Part shown: positions 10,001-19,110 of the stretch, piece by piece | How the letters are laid out: every line of letters begins with the position of its first letter | How positions within the stretch are numbered: the stretch's first letter is position 1 | Source: Oscillospiraceae bacterium | Lineage (GTDB): Bacteria > Bacillota > Clostridia > Oscillospirales > Oscillospiraceae | NCBI GenBank assembly: GCA_017548065.1 | Contig: JAFYNQ010000027.1 | Coordinates: 9,872-73,871, forward strand | Direction: 5' to 3' | DNA: 64,000 bases | Position numbers and translations under genes: made by a program | The notes under the pieces: model-generated | Seen by the model: only the letters and a program-made list of their open reading frames with translations | What the model was told of the DNA's origin: nothing | Databases searched by the model: none

Positions 10001-11655
10001 CCGACACCGCTTCCGCTGTGGCAGCATGTCCTGCGGACAAGTACGTGAAGCTGTTCATTGCCCAGGATGTGGTGCTGACAAAGGACTGCGCCGTTGACCT
10101 GTGCGGTCAGACCGTGAATATCTCCGGCGCTTACACCCTTTACGGTATGGACTCTTCCGGCGACGGCTACACCCAGCCCACCGGCAAGGCAGTGGTCTCT
10201 GCTGATACCACCGTGGAGCAGGATGTGAATGTCGGCGGCAAGCGCTACATCACCACCTCCGATGAAACCGGCTATGTGTTCCACAGATTGGAGAACCGTA
10301 TTTCCGGTGTCACCCTCCGTCCCTCTGCTGACGGTATTTACTTCAACGGCACCTTCGGCTGCGACGAGACTGTGAGCGCAGATATTGCCTCCTACGGCGT
10401 GGCAGTCAGTGTCATGGATATGCCCGGCAAGGACTTTATGACCGACGAGGATACCCTGTACACCAACTTTGATGCTTCCACCCTCCAGGGCGGCGCAATG
10501 GTGAGCGGTGTGCTGATTTCCGGCATCCTGAAGGATGAGCGTACTGCAGAAATCAACAGCGTTTACGGTAAGACCCCCGTCTATGCAACCTCTTACCTGG
10601 TCATGAAGGACGGCACTGTGGTCCTGGGTGACGGCGAGGGCAACAGCGACGATATCGCCTACAGCCTGGCAAGCGTCGTGTCCTCCATTGACAGCAAGAT
10701 TTTGGACGAGCCTCTGTCCTACCGTAAGTACACCAACACCATGCGTGCCTACTATACAAAGTGGGCAGAGACCATGGCGGATTGGGGTCTGCGCAAGATC
10801 AACACACCTGCCGATGACGGTGTCATTGACGTGCTGATGATCGGTTCCTCCTTCTGCTACTACTATGTGGAAGAGATGGTGGGTCTGGCAGCAGCTGCCG
10901 GTATCCCCATGCGTGTATGCAATGTGTACTACTCCGGTTGTCCCTTGGAGAAGCACTACAACTGGTGGATCAATGGAGAAGCCAACTATCAGTTCTTTGA
11001 TACCACACTGGAGGGCGGCAGAAAGCAGACCAACAATGTGGGTCTTGAATGGTGTCTTGCCCAGGGCGAGTGGGACGTGATCTCCCTGCAGCAGTCTACC
11101 TCTGCTACCCGTAACGATCCCAACCACCTGGAGACCACAAGACTGTACTACACCACCCTCCTGAACTACCTGATGGAGCAGTTCCCCGATGCAGATATGA
11201 TGTGGCATCAGCCTTGGTCTTACCAGATCGGCTATGACCGCAGCGGCTATCAGATGACCTCCTTTGAACAGCAGCAGGCAGATATGGAAGCCGTCCAGGC
11301 TTACTGTATGGCTATCTGCGAGGAGTTTGGCATCCAGCGTGTGAACACCGGCGAGGCATGGCAGATCGTCCGTGGCGAGTACGGCTACGATGAATTGTGT
11401 GCCCGACTGGGCAAGGGCGACAACCACGAGGGTGACTTCTACCACGATGGCGACATCGGCGGCGGCCAGTACCTGAATGCTTGCGTATGGTTTGAGATCA
11501 TCACCGGCGTCAGCCCCGTGGGCAACACCTACGCACCTACTTACAAGTATAACGGTGTGACCTACGAGCTGGACAGCGACATCACATTCGCAGAACTGCA
11601 GGAGGCCGCCCACAAGGCAGTCCAGCAGCTCCGTGAATACGAAGCCCAGCAGTAA
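7018..11655 (+). CDS. Large secreted protein (paralogue 1): Cys motif + Gly-rich beta-helix-like repeats + C-terminal SGNH (DUF4886-like) domain
   Basis: Signal peptide MKQRLLAFLLALAMIASMLVMPASA; many GGNI/GGxx repeats; C-terminal LMIGSSF...GDFYHDG (SGNH Ser and DxxH). Confidence 0.75.
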   Translation: MKQRLLAFLLALAMIASMLVMPASAETAEADVTAQTETCPCGCGKTLDEITWRAWDSNSAPPTSGHYYLDGNYVQDKQKEIMSGDRVVLDLRGNTITSADYGRLLLVYGRFHLLDTVGGGRFMSKVSGGAFGGVVMVSTNETTDAIFELCSGTITIDEDNKGSRRGGLIHLSSTASFRMTGGMLLNGTTVSTANPDTKEPGGCVAAASATSTIEILGGKIVGGESAAQGGNIYSVGTTILKNCEIIGGVAASSGGNIYQTGGSLTMENVIVRDGVTNEDKQSGGNIAVLGNADMTVKDSVIRNGWTAYHGGNIYIGAADVVLENTVIEAGVAKNRGGNIYGATDATGLTIRNCEFPGDVAYLGAGLKLEGKVKIGLLNYGLRLNFGDYNAGIMDASGLTEGSEIYVIAKTVFTDASANMDYFKGSNRTVLTQTEEGISGAYAASGELGGYCPHCGERVIWTAFSTTGSLVKDCYDDGADDTDPACTGRHVESGHYFLGASISSMAQYYIGAYISGVGTVATEDVVIDMAGYSITATGRAFYLRPQDADKNSDSLTILDSYGGSKITGSGAANQSGGVLYNEGGNLTIYGGTYIYKPNSTRNITGGGVVQGGSYFNMYGGTLDGSAFAYTDQSTTDKKYTYNGGALHMGNGNTKHFTMTAGRLIGGTAQRGGCVYFGYNNVVNVTGGQFSGGISDMNSGGGGGCIRVYGESSYKSAKFNMSGASVRDGEVTGTSAGGGNFSIAYGTYNISDCYIEGGKVVGYGGNFTCGTSGVITVTDCIIEGGYSAAQSGNIHMSATSVKTNWIDCMVLNGSATNGGNLNSGNGENIIKGGQYLFGVARTAQGGNIIVSTGNSGATNFTKILANDKGEATLLAGGTAKTYGGNLYTTGTLDLQAASFVNGTAASGGRDIYLTTGSGKRTMTVGAGVTGEISVAFAAALFGEEVYGQAISYTACTELNATMILEGNYNNAILCAKDGKLFVGAIAVTDGNSYTWYTDTASAVAACPADKYVKLFIAQDVVLTKDCAVDLCGQTVNISGAYTLYGMDSSGDGYTQPTGKAVVSADTTVEQDVNVGGKRYITTSDETGYVFHRLENRISGVTLRPSADGIYFNGTFGCDETVSADIASYGVAVSVMDMPGKDFMTDEDTLYTNFDASTLQGGAMVSGVLISGILKDERTAEINSVYGKTPVYATSYLVMKDGTVVLGDGEGNSDDIAYSLASVVSSIDSKILDEPLSYRKYTNTMRAYYTKWAETMADWGLRKINTPADDGVIDVLMIGSSFCYYYVEEMVGLAAAAGIPMRVCNVYYSGCPLEKHYNWWINGEANYQFFDTTLEGGRKQTNNVGLEWCLAQGEWDVISLQQSTSATRNDPNHLETTRLYYTTLLNYLMEQFPDADMMWHQPWSYQIGYDRSGYQMTSFEQQQADMEAVQAYCMAICEEFGIQRVNTGEAWQIVRGEYGYDELCARLGKGDNHEGDFYHDGDIGGGQYLNACVWFEIITGVSPVGNTYAPTYKYNGVTYELDSDITFAELQEAAHKAVQQLREYEAQQ

Positions 11656-11663
11656 AATATATT

Positions 11664-11696
11664 CACAGCCGCCCGAAATGGGCGGCTGTGTTTTTT
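11664..11696 (+). terminator. Rho-independent terminator
   Basis: CACAGCCGCCC-gaaat-GGGCGGCTGTG-TTTTTT. Confidence 0.88.
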
Positions 11697-11754
11697 GCGG
11701 CCACTTCCAATGGGTAACCATGTTGCTGCAAATGGAAAATCCTCACCTTTTTCA

Positions 11755-11783
11755 TTGACTTTATTTTTATCTTTTGTTAAAAT
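11755..11783 (+). promoter_or_regulatory. Putative sigmaA promoter for paralogue 2
   Basis: TTGACT-17 nt-TAAAAT with TG extension; AAGGAGG RBS before ATG 11821. Confidence 0.6.
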
Positions 11784-11820
11784 AACTACGTATGCTACTA
11801 TGCAAAAGGAGGACAAATTC

Positions 11821-14800
11821 ATGAAAAAACGTATTTTTTCGCTGTTTTTGGTTTTCTGCATCCTGGCAAGCCTGATGGTATTCCCTGCAGGCGCAGCCGT
11901 TGAGCAGGAAAACGATGTTGTGACCCGGACGGAAGAGCTCTGTCCCTGCGGCTGCGGCAAGACACTGGATGCTGTTACCTGGAAACCCTGGGATGTGAAC
12001 AGCATTGACGGTCCCACCAGCGGTCACTACTACCTGGACGGTGACTATGTTCAGAACGACCAGAAGGAAATCATGGCCGGTGACCGTGTGGTGCTTGACC
12101 TGCGTGGTCACACCATCAACTCCAAGGGCTATTCCCGTCTGCTTCTGGTTTATGGCCGCTTCCACTTGATGGACACTGTTGGCGGTGGCCGTTTTATGTC
12201 TAAAGTCTCCGGCGGTGCTTACGGCGGTGTTGTCATGGTCTCCACCAATGAGGTCAACGACTCTCTGTTTGAGCTTTGCTCCGGCACCATTACCATTGAC
12301 GATGACAACAAGGGCAGTCGCCGTGGCGGTATTATCCACGTGTCTGCCACTGCTACCTTCCGTATGACCGGCGGTATGGTGCTTAACGGCACAACGGTTA
12401 CTGCCTCCGGCACCTACAAAGAACCCGGCGGCAACATCGTTGCCTATAACGCAGAGTCCACCATTGAGATTTTGGGCGGCATGGTTGTCGGCGGCACCAG
12501 TGCTACCTATGGCGGTAATATTTACAGTCAGGGTACGACCATTCTGAAAAACTGTAAGATCATCGGCGGTGTGGCGGATACCTACGGCGGTAACATCTAC
12601 CAGTCCGGCGGCAGCCTAACTGTTGAAAACTGCGTGATCTCCGACGGCATTGCCAATACCAGTGCCAATAAGTACGGCGGCGGTAACATTGCTGCTATGT
12701 CCAGCGCAGTTGTCACCATTAAGGACAGTACCGTCCGCAACGGCTATTCCGGCTATTATGCAGGTAACCTGTACTTCGGTACTTGCTCTGCCACACTGGA
12801 GAACACCAAGGTGGAAGCCGGTGTTGCCAAGAACCGTGGTAATAATATCTACGGCACAAATACTTGTACCGGTTTGACTATCCGTAATTGTGAGCTGCCC
12901 GGTGACGTTGGTTTCTTGGGTAAGGCGCTGACACTGGAAGGCAAAGTCAAGATCGGTCTTTTGAACCACGGTCTGCGTGTGCGCTACGGCACGGATGTGG
13001 CAGCACTTTTGGATGCATCCAAGCTGACCGAGGGCTCTGAAATTTTCGTGACTACCAATACCACGTTTGCAAAGCCCGGTGCTAATATTGCATATTTCAA
13101 GGGCGCAAACCGCACCGTACTGTCTGAAACCGCAGACGGTCTTGTGGGTACGCAGGCGGCTTCCGGCGAGCTGGGCGGCTACTGCCCTCACTGTAATCAG
13201 CAGGTAGAGTGGAAACTTTTTGACCTCACAGACAGCCTGATTCAGAACTGCCTGAAGGACTCTGCAACCGACACCGACCCTGCCTGCACCGGCGCGCACA
13301 TTGAATCCGGTCACTACTATCTGGGCGCAACTAACAACAGCTTCACCCAGAAATATATCGGTATTTATCAGGATCTTCTGGATGTTAAGGACGTTGTCAT
13401 TGACTTGGCAGGCTACAGCCTGACCTCTTCTGCTCGTGCTTTCTATATCCGTGCTGAAAGCGCAACTACCTCTCCCAAGAGCCAGCTGACCATTCTGGAC
13501 TCCTACGGCGGCAGTAAGGTCACCGGTAAGGGCGCAAATAACCAGCCCGGCGGCGTTATCTATAACGAGTCCTCCGTTTTGAATATCTACGGTGGTAACC
13601 TCATTTACAGCCCTGTGGAGGGCAGAAATGTCACCGGCGGCGGTGTTATTCTCAATGGCAACCTGTTTAATATGTACGGTGGCATTCTGGACGGCAGTGC
13701 ATTTACCTACACCGATATGTCCACCACCGATAAGACCTATACCTACTACGGCGGCTGTCTGTATCAGTACAACGGCAGCAAGTATACCTTCAATATGTCT
13801 GCCGGTCGCATGGTCGGTGGTACTGCTCAAGCCGGTGGCTGCGCATATTTTGGCGGCAACAACAAGACCGATATCACCGGTGGTCAGTTCCTGAACGGTA
13901 AGACCAATGTAGGCGGCGGTGCCAATATCCGTATGTACGGCAGCGACGATTACACCAAGGCCGTACTGAATATCTCCGGCGCATCTGTCCGTGACGGCGA
14001 AGTGCTGGTCACCGGTGCCGGTGCCGGTAATCTGTCCTTGCAGTACGGCACCATCAATGTTACCGATTGCTATATTGAAGGCGGCAAGACTGCAGCCTAC
14101 GGCGGTAATATTATGACCGGCATCAAGTCAACCATTAACTTTAAGAATTGCATCATTGAAGGCGGTTACGCAGGCGGTCAGGGCGGTAACATCCATATGT
14201 CCTCCACCAACACTTACAACACTCTGGAGGATTGCTACATTCTGAACGGCTCTGCTACTTACGGTGGTAACATCAACTCCGGTAACGGTTACAACACCTT
14301 CAAGGGCTGCCAGCTCCTGTTCGGTACTGCAAGAACCAGCTACGGCGGCAACCTTTCCGCAATTTCCGGAAACGTGAACGCAACCACCAAGAACTATACC
14401 AAGTTACTTGCAGACAGTGACGGACATCAGAACATTCTGGCAGGCGGCTATGCCAAGACCTACGGCGGCAACCTGTACAACGGCGGTGTTACTGATATGC
14501 AGTCTGCCCGTCTTATCAACGGTTCTGTAGGTACCTCCGGCAAGGATCTGTTCATGGCAAAGGCCAGCAATCAGGGTAAGCTGACCATCGGCGCCGATGT
14601 CACCGGCACCTTCTATGCCCGTTTCAACAGCGGTCTGTATAGCGGCGATGTCTATGGCCAGGCTATTGACAGAACCGTTTGCGAAGAACTCAATGCCAAT
14701 ATTATCATTGATAACTACAGCAATGCGCTGCTCTGCGCCAAGGACGGCAAGCTGTATGTGGGCGCCATCGCCGTCACCGACGGTGACAGCTACCAGTGGT

Positions 14801-16425
14801 TCACCAACACAGCAGATGCTGTGGAAGCATGCACCCAGGACAAGTACGTGAAGCTGTTCATTGCCGAGGACGTGGTGCTGACCAAGGACTGCGCTGTGGA
14901 TATCTGCGGACAGACAGTGAACGTCTCCGGCGCATACACCCTCTACGGCATGGACTCCTCCGGCGACAGCTTTGAAGCGCCCGCCGGTAAGGCAGTGCTT
15001 GCAGAAGAGACCAAGCTGGCCTCCAACGCTACTGTCTGCGGCAAGCAGTACATCCCCACTGCCCAGGGCAATGAAGCCACCTTCCACAGAATGGAAAACC
15101 GCATCACCAATGTGGCGCTGCGTCCCTCTGCTGACGGCATTTACTACACCGGCGCCTTCGGCTGTGATGCGACCCTGGTGGGTGATATTGCTTCCTACGG
15201 TGTGGCAGTGAGCCTGGTAAATGCACCCGAGGCTGACTTCATGACCGATGAGGACACCCTCTACACCAACTTTGCAGGCGAAAGCCTCCAGGGCGGCGCC
15301 AATGTCACCGGCGCACTGGTCTCCGGCATTATGAAGCAGGAGAACAACGCACAGCTCAACAGCGCTTACGGTCAGATGCCCATCTTTGCTGCGTCTTACC
15401 TTGTGATGAAGGACGGCAGCGTGGTGCTCAGCGAAAGCGTGGCTCTGAGCCTGAAGGATCTCATGACCACGGTTGATAACCTGATCACCAACGATCCGCT
15501 GAACTTCCGTAAGCTGACAAACCCCATGCGTGCATTCTATGATAAGTGGGAGGAAAACGGCATGGCCGACTGGGAATTCAAGAAAATCATCACCCCCGAG
15601 GAGGATGACGTGATCGACATCCTCATGGTCGGTAACTCTTTCTGTTACTACTACGTGGAAGAGCTGGCAGCGATCGCTGCCGCTGCCGGTGTGAAGATGC
15701 GTGTCTGCAACGTGTACTACTCCGGCTGTAAGATGAGCCAGCACTACAACTGGTTCGTCAACGGCGAATCCAACTATCAGTTCTTTGATACCACCGCAGA
15801 GGGCGGCAGAAAGCAGACCAATAACGTGTCTCTGGAATGGTGCCTTGCTCAGGGCGAATGGGACTACATCAGCATTCAGAGCCTGAACCTGAATTCCAGC
15901 GATCCCCAGCAGATCCTGGCAGATAACAAGCTGTATCTGGATACCTTCTACGGCTACTTCCGTGAGCAGTTCCCCAAGGCAACTATGCTGTGGCATCAGA
16001 CCTGGTCTTATGCTGTGGGTACTGCCGGCAACGGCACTGTCACCACGCCCGAGAAGCAGGTGGCAAACCACGAGAGAAACAGAGCAGCTGCAGCGCTCAT
16101 CTGTAAGGAATATGACCTGGTCAACGTTCCCTCCGGCGATGCCTGGGCGATCATCCGCGGCGAAGGCTACGATATGCTCTGCGGCCGTATCGGCAAGGGC
16201 ACCAACCACGAGGGTGACTACTACCATGACGGTGACGTAGGCGGCGGTCAGTACCTGAACGCAGCTGTGTGGTTTGAGACCATCACCGGCATGTCCGTGA
16301 TCGGCAACACCTACCGTCCCGTTTACAAGTACAACGGCACTGAGATCCCCCTCAACAGCGCAATGACCTACGAGCGTCTCCAGGAAGCAGCCCACGAGGC
16401 AGTCCTGAACAACGTGGTTCAATAA
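11821..16425 (+). CDS. Large secreted protein (paralogue 2), same architecture as paralogue 1
   Basis: Start at 11821 (MKKRIFSLFL..., RBS AAGGAGG); colinear with 7018..11655 (CPCGCGK, PTSGHYYLDG, GGYCPHC); C-terminal LMVGNSF...GDYYHDG. Confidence 0.78.
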   Translation: MKKRIFSLFLVFCILASLMVFPAGAAVEQENDVVTRTEELCPCGCGKTLDAVTWKPWDVNSIDGPTSGHYYLDGDYVQNDQKEIMAGDRVVLDLRGHTINSKGYSRLLLVYGRFHLMDTVGGGRFMSKVSGGAYGGVVMVSTNEVNDSLFELCSGTITIDDDNKGSRRGGIIHVSATATFRMTGGMVLNGTTVTASGTYKEPGGNIVAYNAESTIEILGGMVVGGTSATYGGNIYSQGTTILKNCKIIGGVADTYGGNIYQSGGSLTVENCVISDGIANTSANKYGGGNIAAMSSAVVTIKDSTVRNGYSGYYAGNLYFGTCSATLENTKVEAGVAKNRGNNIYGTNTCTGLTIRNCELPGDVGFLGKALTLEGKVKIGLLNHGLRVRYGTDVAALLDASKLTEGSEIFVTTNTTFAKPGANIAYFKGANRTVLSETADGLVGTQAASGELGGYCPHCNQQVEWKLFDLTDSLIQNCLKDSATDTDPACTGAHIESGHYYLGATNNSFTQKYIGIYQDLLDVKDVVIDLAGYSLTSSARAFYIRAESATTSPKSQLTILDSYGGSKVTGKGANNQPGGVIYNESSVLNIYGGNLIYSPVEGRNVTGGGVILNGNLFNMYGGILDGSAFTYTDMSTTDKTYTYYGGCLYQYNGSKYTFNMSAGRMVGGTAQAGGCAYFGGNNKTDITGGQFLNGKTNVGGGANIRMYGSDDYTKAVLNISGASVRDGEVLVTGAGAGNLSLQYGTINVTDCYIEGGKTAAYGGNIMTGIKSTINFKNCIIEGGYAGGQGGNIHMSSTNTYNTLEDCYILNGSATYGGNINSGNGYNTFKGCQLLFGTARTSYGGNLSAISGNVNATTKNYTKLLADSDGHQNILAGGYAKTYGGNLYNGGVTDMQSARLINGSVGTSGKDLFMAKASNQGKLTIGADVTGTFYARFNSGLYSGDVYGQAIDRTVCEELNANIIIDNYSNALLCAKDGKLYVGAIAVTDGDSYQWFTNTADAVEACTQDKYVKLFIAEDVVLTKDCAVDICGQTVNVSGAYTLYGMDSSGDSFEAPAGKAVLAEETKLASNATVCGKQYIPTAQGNEATFHRMENRITNVALRPSADGIYYTGAFGCDATLVGDIASYGVAVSLVNAPEADFMTDEDTLYTNFAGESLQGGANVTGALVSGIMKQENNAQLNSAYGQMPIFAASYLVMKDGSVVLSESVALSLKDLMTTVDNLITNDPLNFRKLTNPMRAFYDKWEENGMADWEFKKIITPEEDDVIDILMVGNSFCYYYVEELAAIAAAAGVKMRVCNVYYSGCKMSQHYNWFVNGESNYQFFDTTAEGGRKQTNNVSLEWCLAQGEWDYISIQSLNLNSSDPQQILADNKLYLDTFYGYFREQFPKATMLWHQTWSYAVGTAGNGTVTTPEKQVANHERNRAAAALICKEYDLVNVPSGDAWAIIRGEGYDMLCGRIGKGTNHEGDYYHDGDVGGGQYLNAAVWFETITGMSVIGNTYRPVYKYNGTEIPLNSAMTYERLQEAAHEAVLNNVVQ

Positions 16426-16431
16426 AAAACC

Positions 16432-16463
16432 CCGGAGGGTGCTTCTGCACCCTCCGGTTTTTT
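16432..16463 (+). terminator. Rho-independent terminator
   Basis: CCGGAGGGTGC-ttct-GCACCCTCCGG-TTTTTT. Confidence 0.88.
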
Positions 16464-16491
16464 CTGCATTTGCAGCGGAATGCGAAAAGAG

Positions 16492-16520
16492 TTGTCAAAT
16501 AAAAAAATATCTGCTATAAT
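16492..16520 (+). promoter_or_regulatory. sigmaA promoter for SGNH lipoprotein
   Basis: TTGTCA-17 nt-TATAAT with TG extension; GGGAGG RBS before ATG 16550. Confidence 0.7.
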
Positions 16521-16549
16521 GATTCCATTAAACAAAGGGAGGATTATTT

Positions 16550-17488
16550 ATGCTGAAAAAGATCCTGGCGCTTACCTTGTCTGCACTTATGCTCCTGGGC
16601 GCATTTTCCGGCTGCGGCGCAGCGACACCTGAGGAAACTGAACCTACGATCCCGCCCAAAGTCGATGACGGTGTTATTGATATTCTTATGGTGGGCAACT
16701 CCTTCTGCTATTACTTTGTGGAAGAGCTGGTGGGTATCGCAGATGCTGCCGGTGTGAAAATGCGTGTGTGCAACTTGTATTACTCCGGCTGTAAGATGAG
16801 CCAGCACTATACATGGTATCTGGAAGAAAAAGCACCCTATGAGTATTTTGATACCACCGTGGAAAACGGCAGAGTGAAAACCGAGGGTGTGACCCTTGAG
16901 TGGTCCTTGAATCAGGGTGATTGGGACTATATCAGCATCCAGAGTCCGAACATCAACTCCAGCGTGCCGGAAGAGATTTTTGCAGAAAATAAGCTGTATT
17001 TGGATACCTTCTATGGCCTGTTCCGTGAAAAGTTCCCCCATGCAAAGATGATGTGGCATCAGACGTGGGCTTATGCTGTTGGCATTGCCGGCAACGGCAC
17101 TGTCACCACCCCTGAAAAGCAGGTGGCAAACTACGAACGAAACAGAGGCCTTGCGGCGCTGGTTTGTGAAAAGTATGAGCTGGGCAATGTTCCCACCGGT
17201 GAGGCATGGAAGATCATCCGTGACGGCGGCTACGATATGCTCTGCGCCCGTATCGGCAAGGGCGTTAACCACGAGGGCGACTACTACCACGATGGCGACA
17301 TCGGCGGCGGTCAGTACCTGAACGCAGCTGTTTGGTTTGAGACCATTACAGGTCAGTCTGTCATCGGCAACACCTACCGTCCCGTATACAAATACGGCAC
17401 AACGGAAATTCCCTTGCGCAGTGAGATCTCTTATGAGCTTCTGCAGGAGGCCGCTCACCAGGCCGTGCTGAACAACGTTGTAAAATAA
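16550..17488 (+). CDS. Lipoprotein, stand-alone SGNH (DUF4886-like) hydrolase
   Basis: Lipobox FSGC after hydrophobic signal; highly similar to C-terminus of paralogue 2; GNSF and DYYH motifs. Confidence 0.8.
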   Translation: MLKKILALTLSALMLLGAFSGCGAATPEETEPTIPPKVDDGVIDILMVGNSFCYYFVEELVGIADAAGVKMRVCNLYYSGCKMSQHYTWYLEEKAPYEYFDTTVENGRVKTEGVTLEWSLNQGDWDYISIQSPNINSSVPEEIFAENKLYLDTFYGLFREKFPHAKMMWHQTWAYAVGIAGNGTVTTPEKQVANYERNRGLAALVCEKYELGNVPTGEAWKIIRDGGYDMLCARIGKGVNHEGDYYHDGDIGGGQYLNAAVWFETITGQSVIGNTYRPVYKYGTTEIPLRSEISYELLQEAAHQAVLNNVVK

Positions 17489-17532
17489 AAAATCCCCGGA
17501 GGGTGCAGTTCAAAAGCACCCTCCGGCTTTTT
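17489..17532. terminator. Bidirectional Rho-independent terminator
   Basis: A-tract, CCGGAGGGTGC-agttcaaaa-GCACCCTCCGG, T-tract between convergent genes; same stem as 16432. Confidence 0.85.
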
Positions 17533-18247
17533 ATTCATTGTTCAGTTCCGCCAACAATCCCATATCTACCCGGTTGATGGTCAAGGGGGAGATGGAAATA
17601 TAGCCGTGCATAACGCAATCGGTGTCCAGGGACAGATCGTTTTTGTCTTCGTACACGCTTTTGCCGCAGGGCAGGTATGTACCGTCCGGCTGCTTCACAA
17701 AATCGTCGGAATAAAAATGACCGCCCTGACGGGTGAACCGAATGCCCTTGGCATCGGGGCGGATGTTCACGTTGTAAAGGACGCCTCGCTCCAGCAGCTT
17801 CTTCTCTTTGAAAAATGCCAGCACCTGATCCAGCGGCTCCATGGCACGGGGATAAAATTCTGCGCTGGTGGAGATGGCCACCGCCTTTGTGCCCAGGGAC
17901 ACCGCCTCAAAGGCAGCGCCGGCAGTGCCGGAGTACATAATGTCACCGCCCATATTAAAGCCACGGTTAATGCCGGAGATCACCAGGTCAAATTTTCCCT
18001 GCCGTCCCAAAATGCCGATGCGCACGCAGTCGGCAGGTGTGGAGTCCACCGCCGTAATGTGGATGCCCGGCTCCGGGTCATATTCTTCCACCGCAAAGCT
18101 TTTGTGCAGCTCAATGCTTTGGCTTTTGCCGCTTTGCTCGTATTTGGGAACGATCACCGTTACGTTGCCCAGCTTCTGGCACCAACGGATCAGGGGGATC
18201 AGCTGAGGTGCGTGGAGACCGTCATCGTTTGTAAGCAGTATATTCAT
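17531..18247 (-). CDS. surE: 5'/3'-nucleotidase SurE
   Basis: ILLTNDDG, EQSG, TPADCV, SGINRG, YSGT motifs. Confidence 0.92.
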   Translation of the reverse strand: MNILLTNDDGLHAPQLIPLIRWCQKLGNVTVIVPKYEQSGKSQSIELHKSFAVEEYDPEPGIHITAVDSTPADCVRIGILGRQGKFDLVISGINRGFNMGGDIMYSGTAGAAFEAVSLGTKAVAISTSAEFYPRAMEPLDQVLAFFKEKKLLERGVLYNVNIRPDAKGIRFTRQGGHFYSDDFVKQPDGTYLPCGKSVYEDKNDLSLDTDCVMHGYISISPLTINRVDMGLLAELNNE

Positions 18248-18987
18248 GGCAGTTCCTTCCTTGTTTTGTATTGTGTGGGTGTGCAGCCGAAATGCTTTGT
18301 GAAGGCTGTGCGGAAATATTTTACGTCGGAAAACCCGGATTGCTTCGCCACCTGCTCCACGGTGTAGTAGCCGGAGCGCAGCAGCTGGGTGGCATAATCA
18401 AAGCGCATGGACAGCAGCGCCTGCAGGGGAGAGGTGCCGAAATGCTGATGATAGATCCGTCGGAAATACACCTCACTGACAAAGCAGCTTTTGGCTGCTT
18501 GGGCAACGGTCAGCTTGGGGTCACGGAAGCTTTGCTTCAGCAGCGCCACACCCGGTGCGATCACCTGGGGTACACTGCTTTGGGGCGCCTCCAGGGCATC
18601 AAACAGCTCATACAGCAGCGCCATGCAGCGGTTGTGCCGCCCCTCCTCCCAAAGGGTGTATAACTTTCGGAAAAGAGGTTCAAGGGAGGCGGTATTTTCG
18701 TACAGACGGAAGTCCTCCGGGCTGTGCCCCAAAGGCTGCAGATGGACGATCACCAGTTCCTCGTCTGTATCGTGGCGGTTTTGAAATGCAGTACCGGCAG
18801 GCAGGAACAATGTGCTGCCGCTGCCGGCATGAAAGCTGCCGCCTGCGTAGGAAAACGTGCTGTTTCCCTGGATTCGGAAGCCGATTCCCACAAAATCCCG
18901 GGCAGGATTGTGGACATTCCTGGGTTTCCGATGGATATGATATACGCCCAAAAGCTTATAGGCGCAGTCGCTTGTTGTGTATTCCAT
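18244..18987 (-). CDS. AraC family transcriptional regulator
   Basis: C-terminal VAKQSGFSDVKYFRTAFTKHFGCTP HTH; divergent from catabolic operon. Confidence 0.9.
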   Translation of the reverse strand: MEYTTSDCAYKLLGVYHIHRKPRNVHNPARDFVGIGFRIQGNSTFSYAGGSFHAGSGSTLFLPAGTAFQNRHDTDEELVIVHLQPLGHSPEDFRLYENTASLEPLFRKLYTLWEEGRHNRCMALLYELFDALEAPQSSVPQVIAPGVALLKQSFRDPKLTVAQAAKSCFVSEVYFRRIYHQHFGTSPLQALLSMRFDYATQLLRSGYYTVEQVAKQSGFSDVKYFRTAFTKHFGCTPTQYKTRKELP

Positions 18988-19054
18988 AGTATCACCAAAA
19001 ATATTATACTGGTTTTAGTTTCGGAATTCAACCCTTTTGCTGTCATTTTTCTTG

Positions 19055-19083
19055 TTTACAAGGAAAGCGCCTTGTATTATGAT
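19055..19083 (+). promoter_or_regulatory. Putative promoter of catabolic operon
   Basis: TTTACA-17 nt-TATGAT in AT-rich divergent gap; AGGAG RBS before ATG 19111. Confidence 0.45.
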
Positions 19084-19110
19084 GAAGAAAAAACCTTCAG
19101 GAGATGTTTT

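Noticed and set aside
7264-16422. Long antisense ORFs (7264..9543, 9562..11721, 12616..13830, 14404..16422)
   Set aside because: Shadows of codon-biased sense genes; no RBS or family motifs
10813-17488. Diversity-generating retroelement (repeated C-terminal regions)
   Set aside because: No reverse transcriptase; differences are not adenine-specific and are mostly synonymous or block-like; all copies are coding
18724-19110. N-terminal extension of the BNR protein (and similar extensions at 3996, 11695, 21514, 24502, 51979)
   Set aside because: Overlap neighbouring genes or promoters; RBS-supported starts lie downstream
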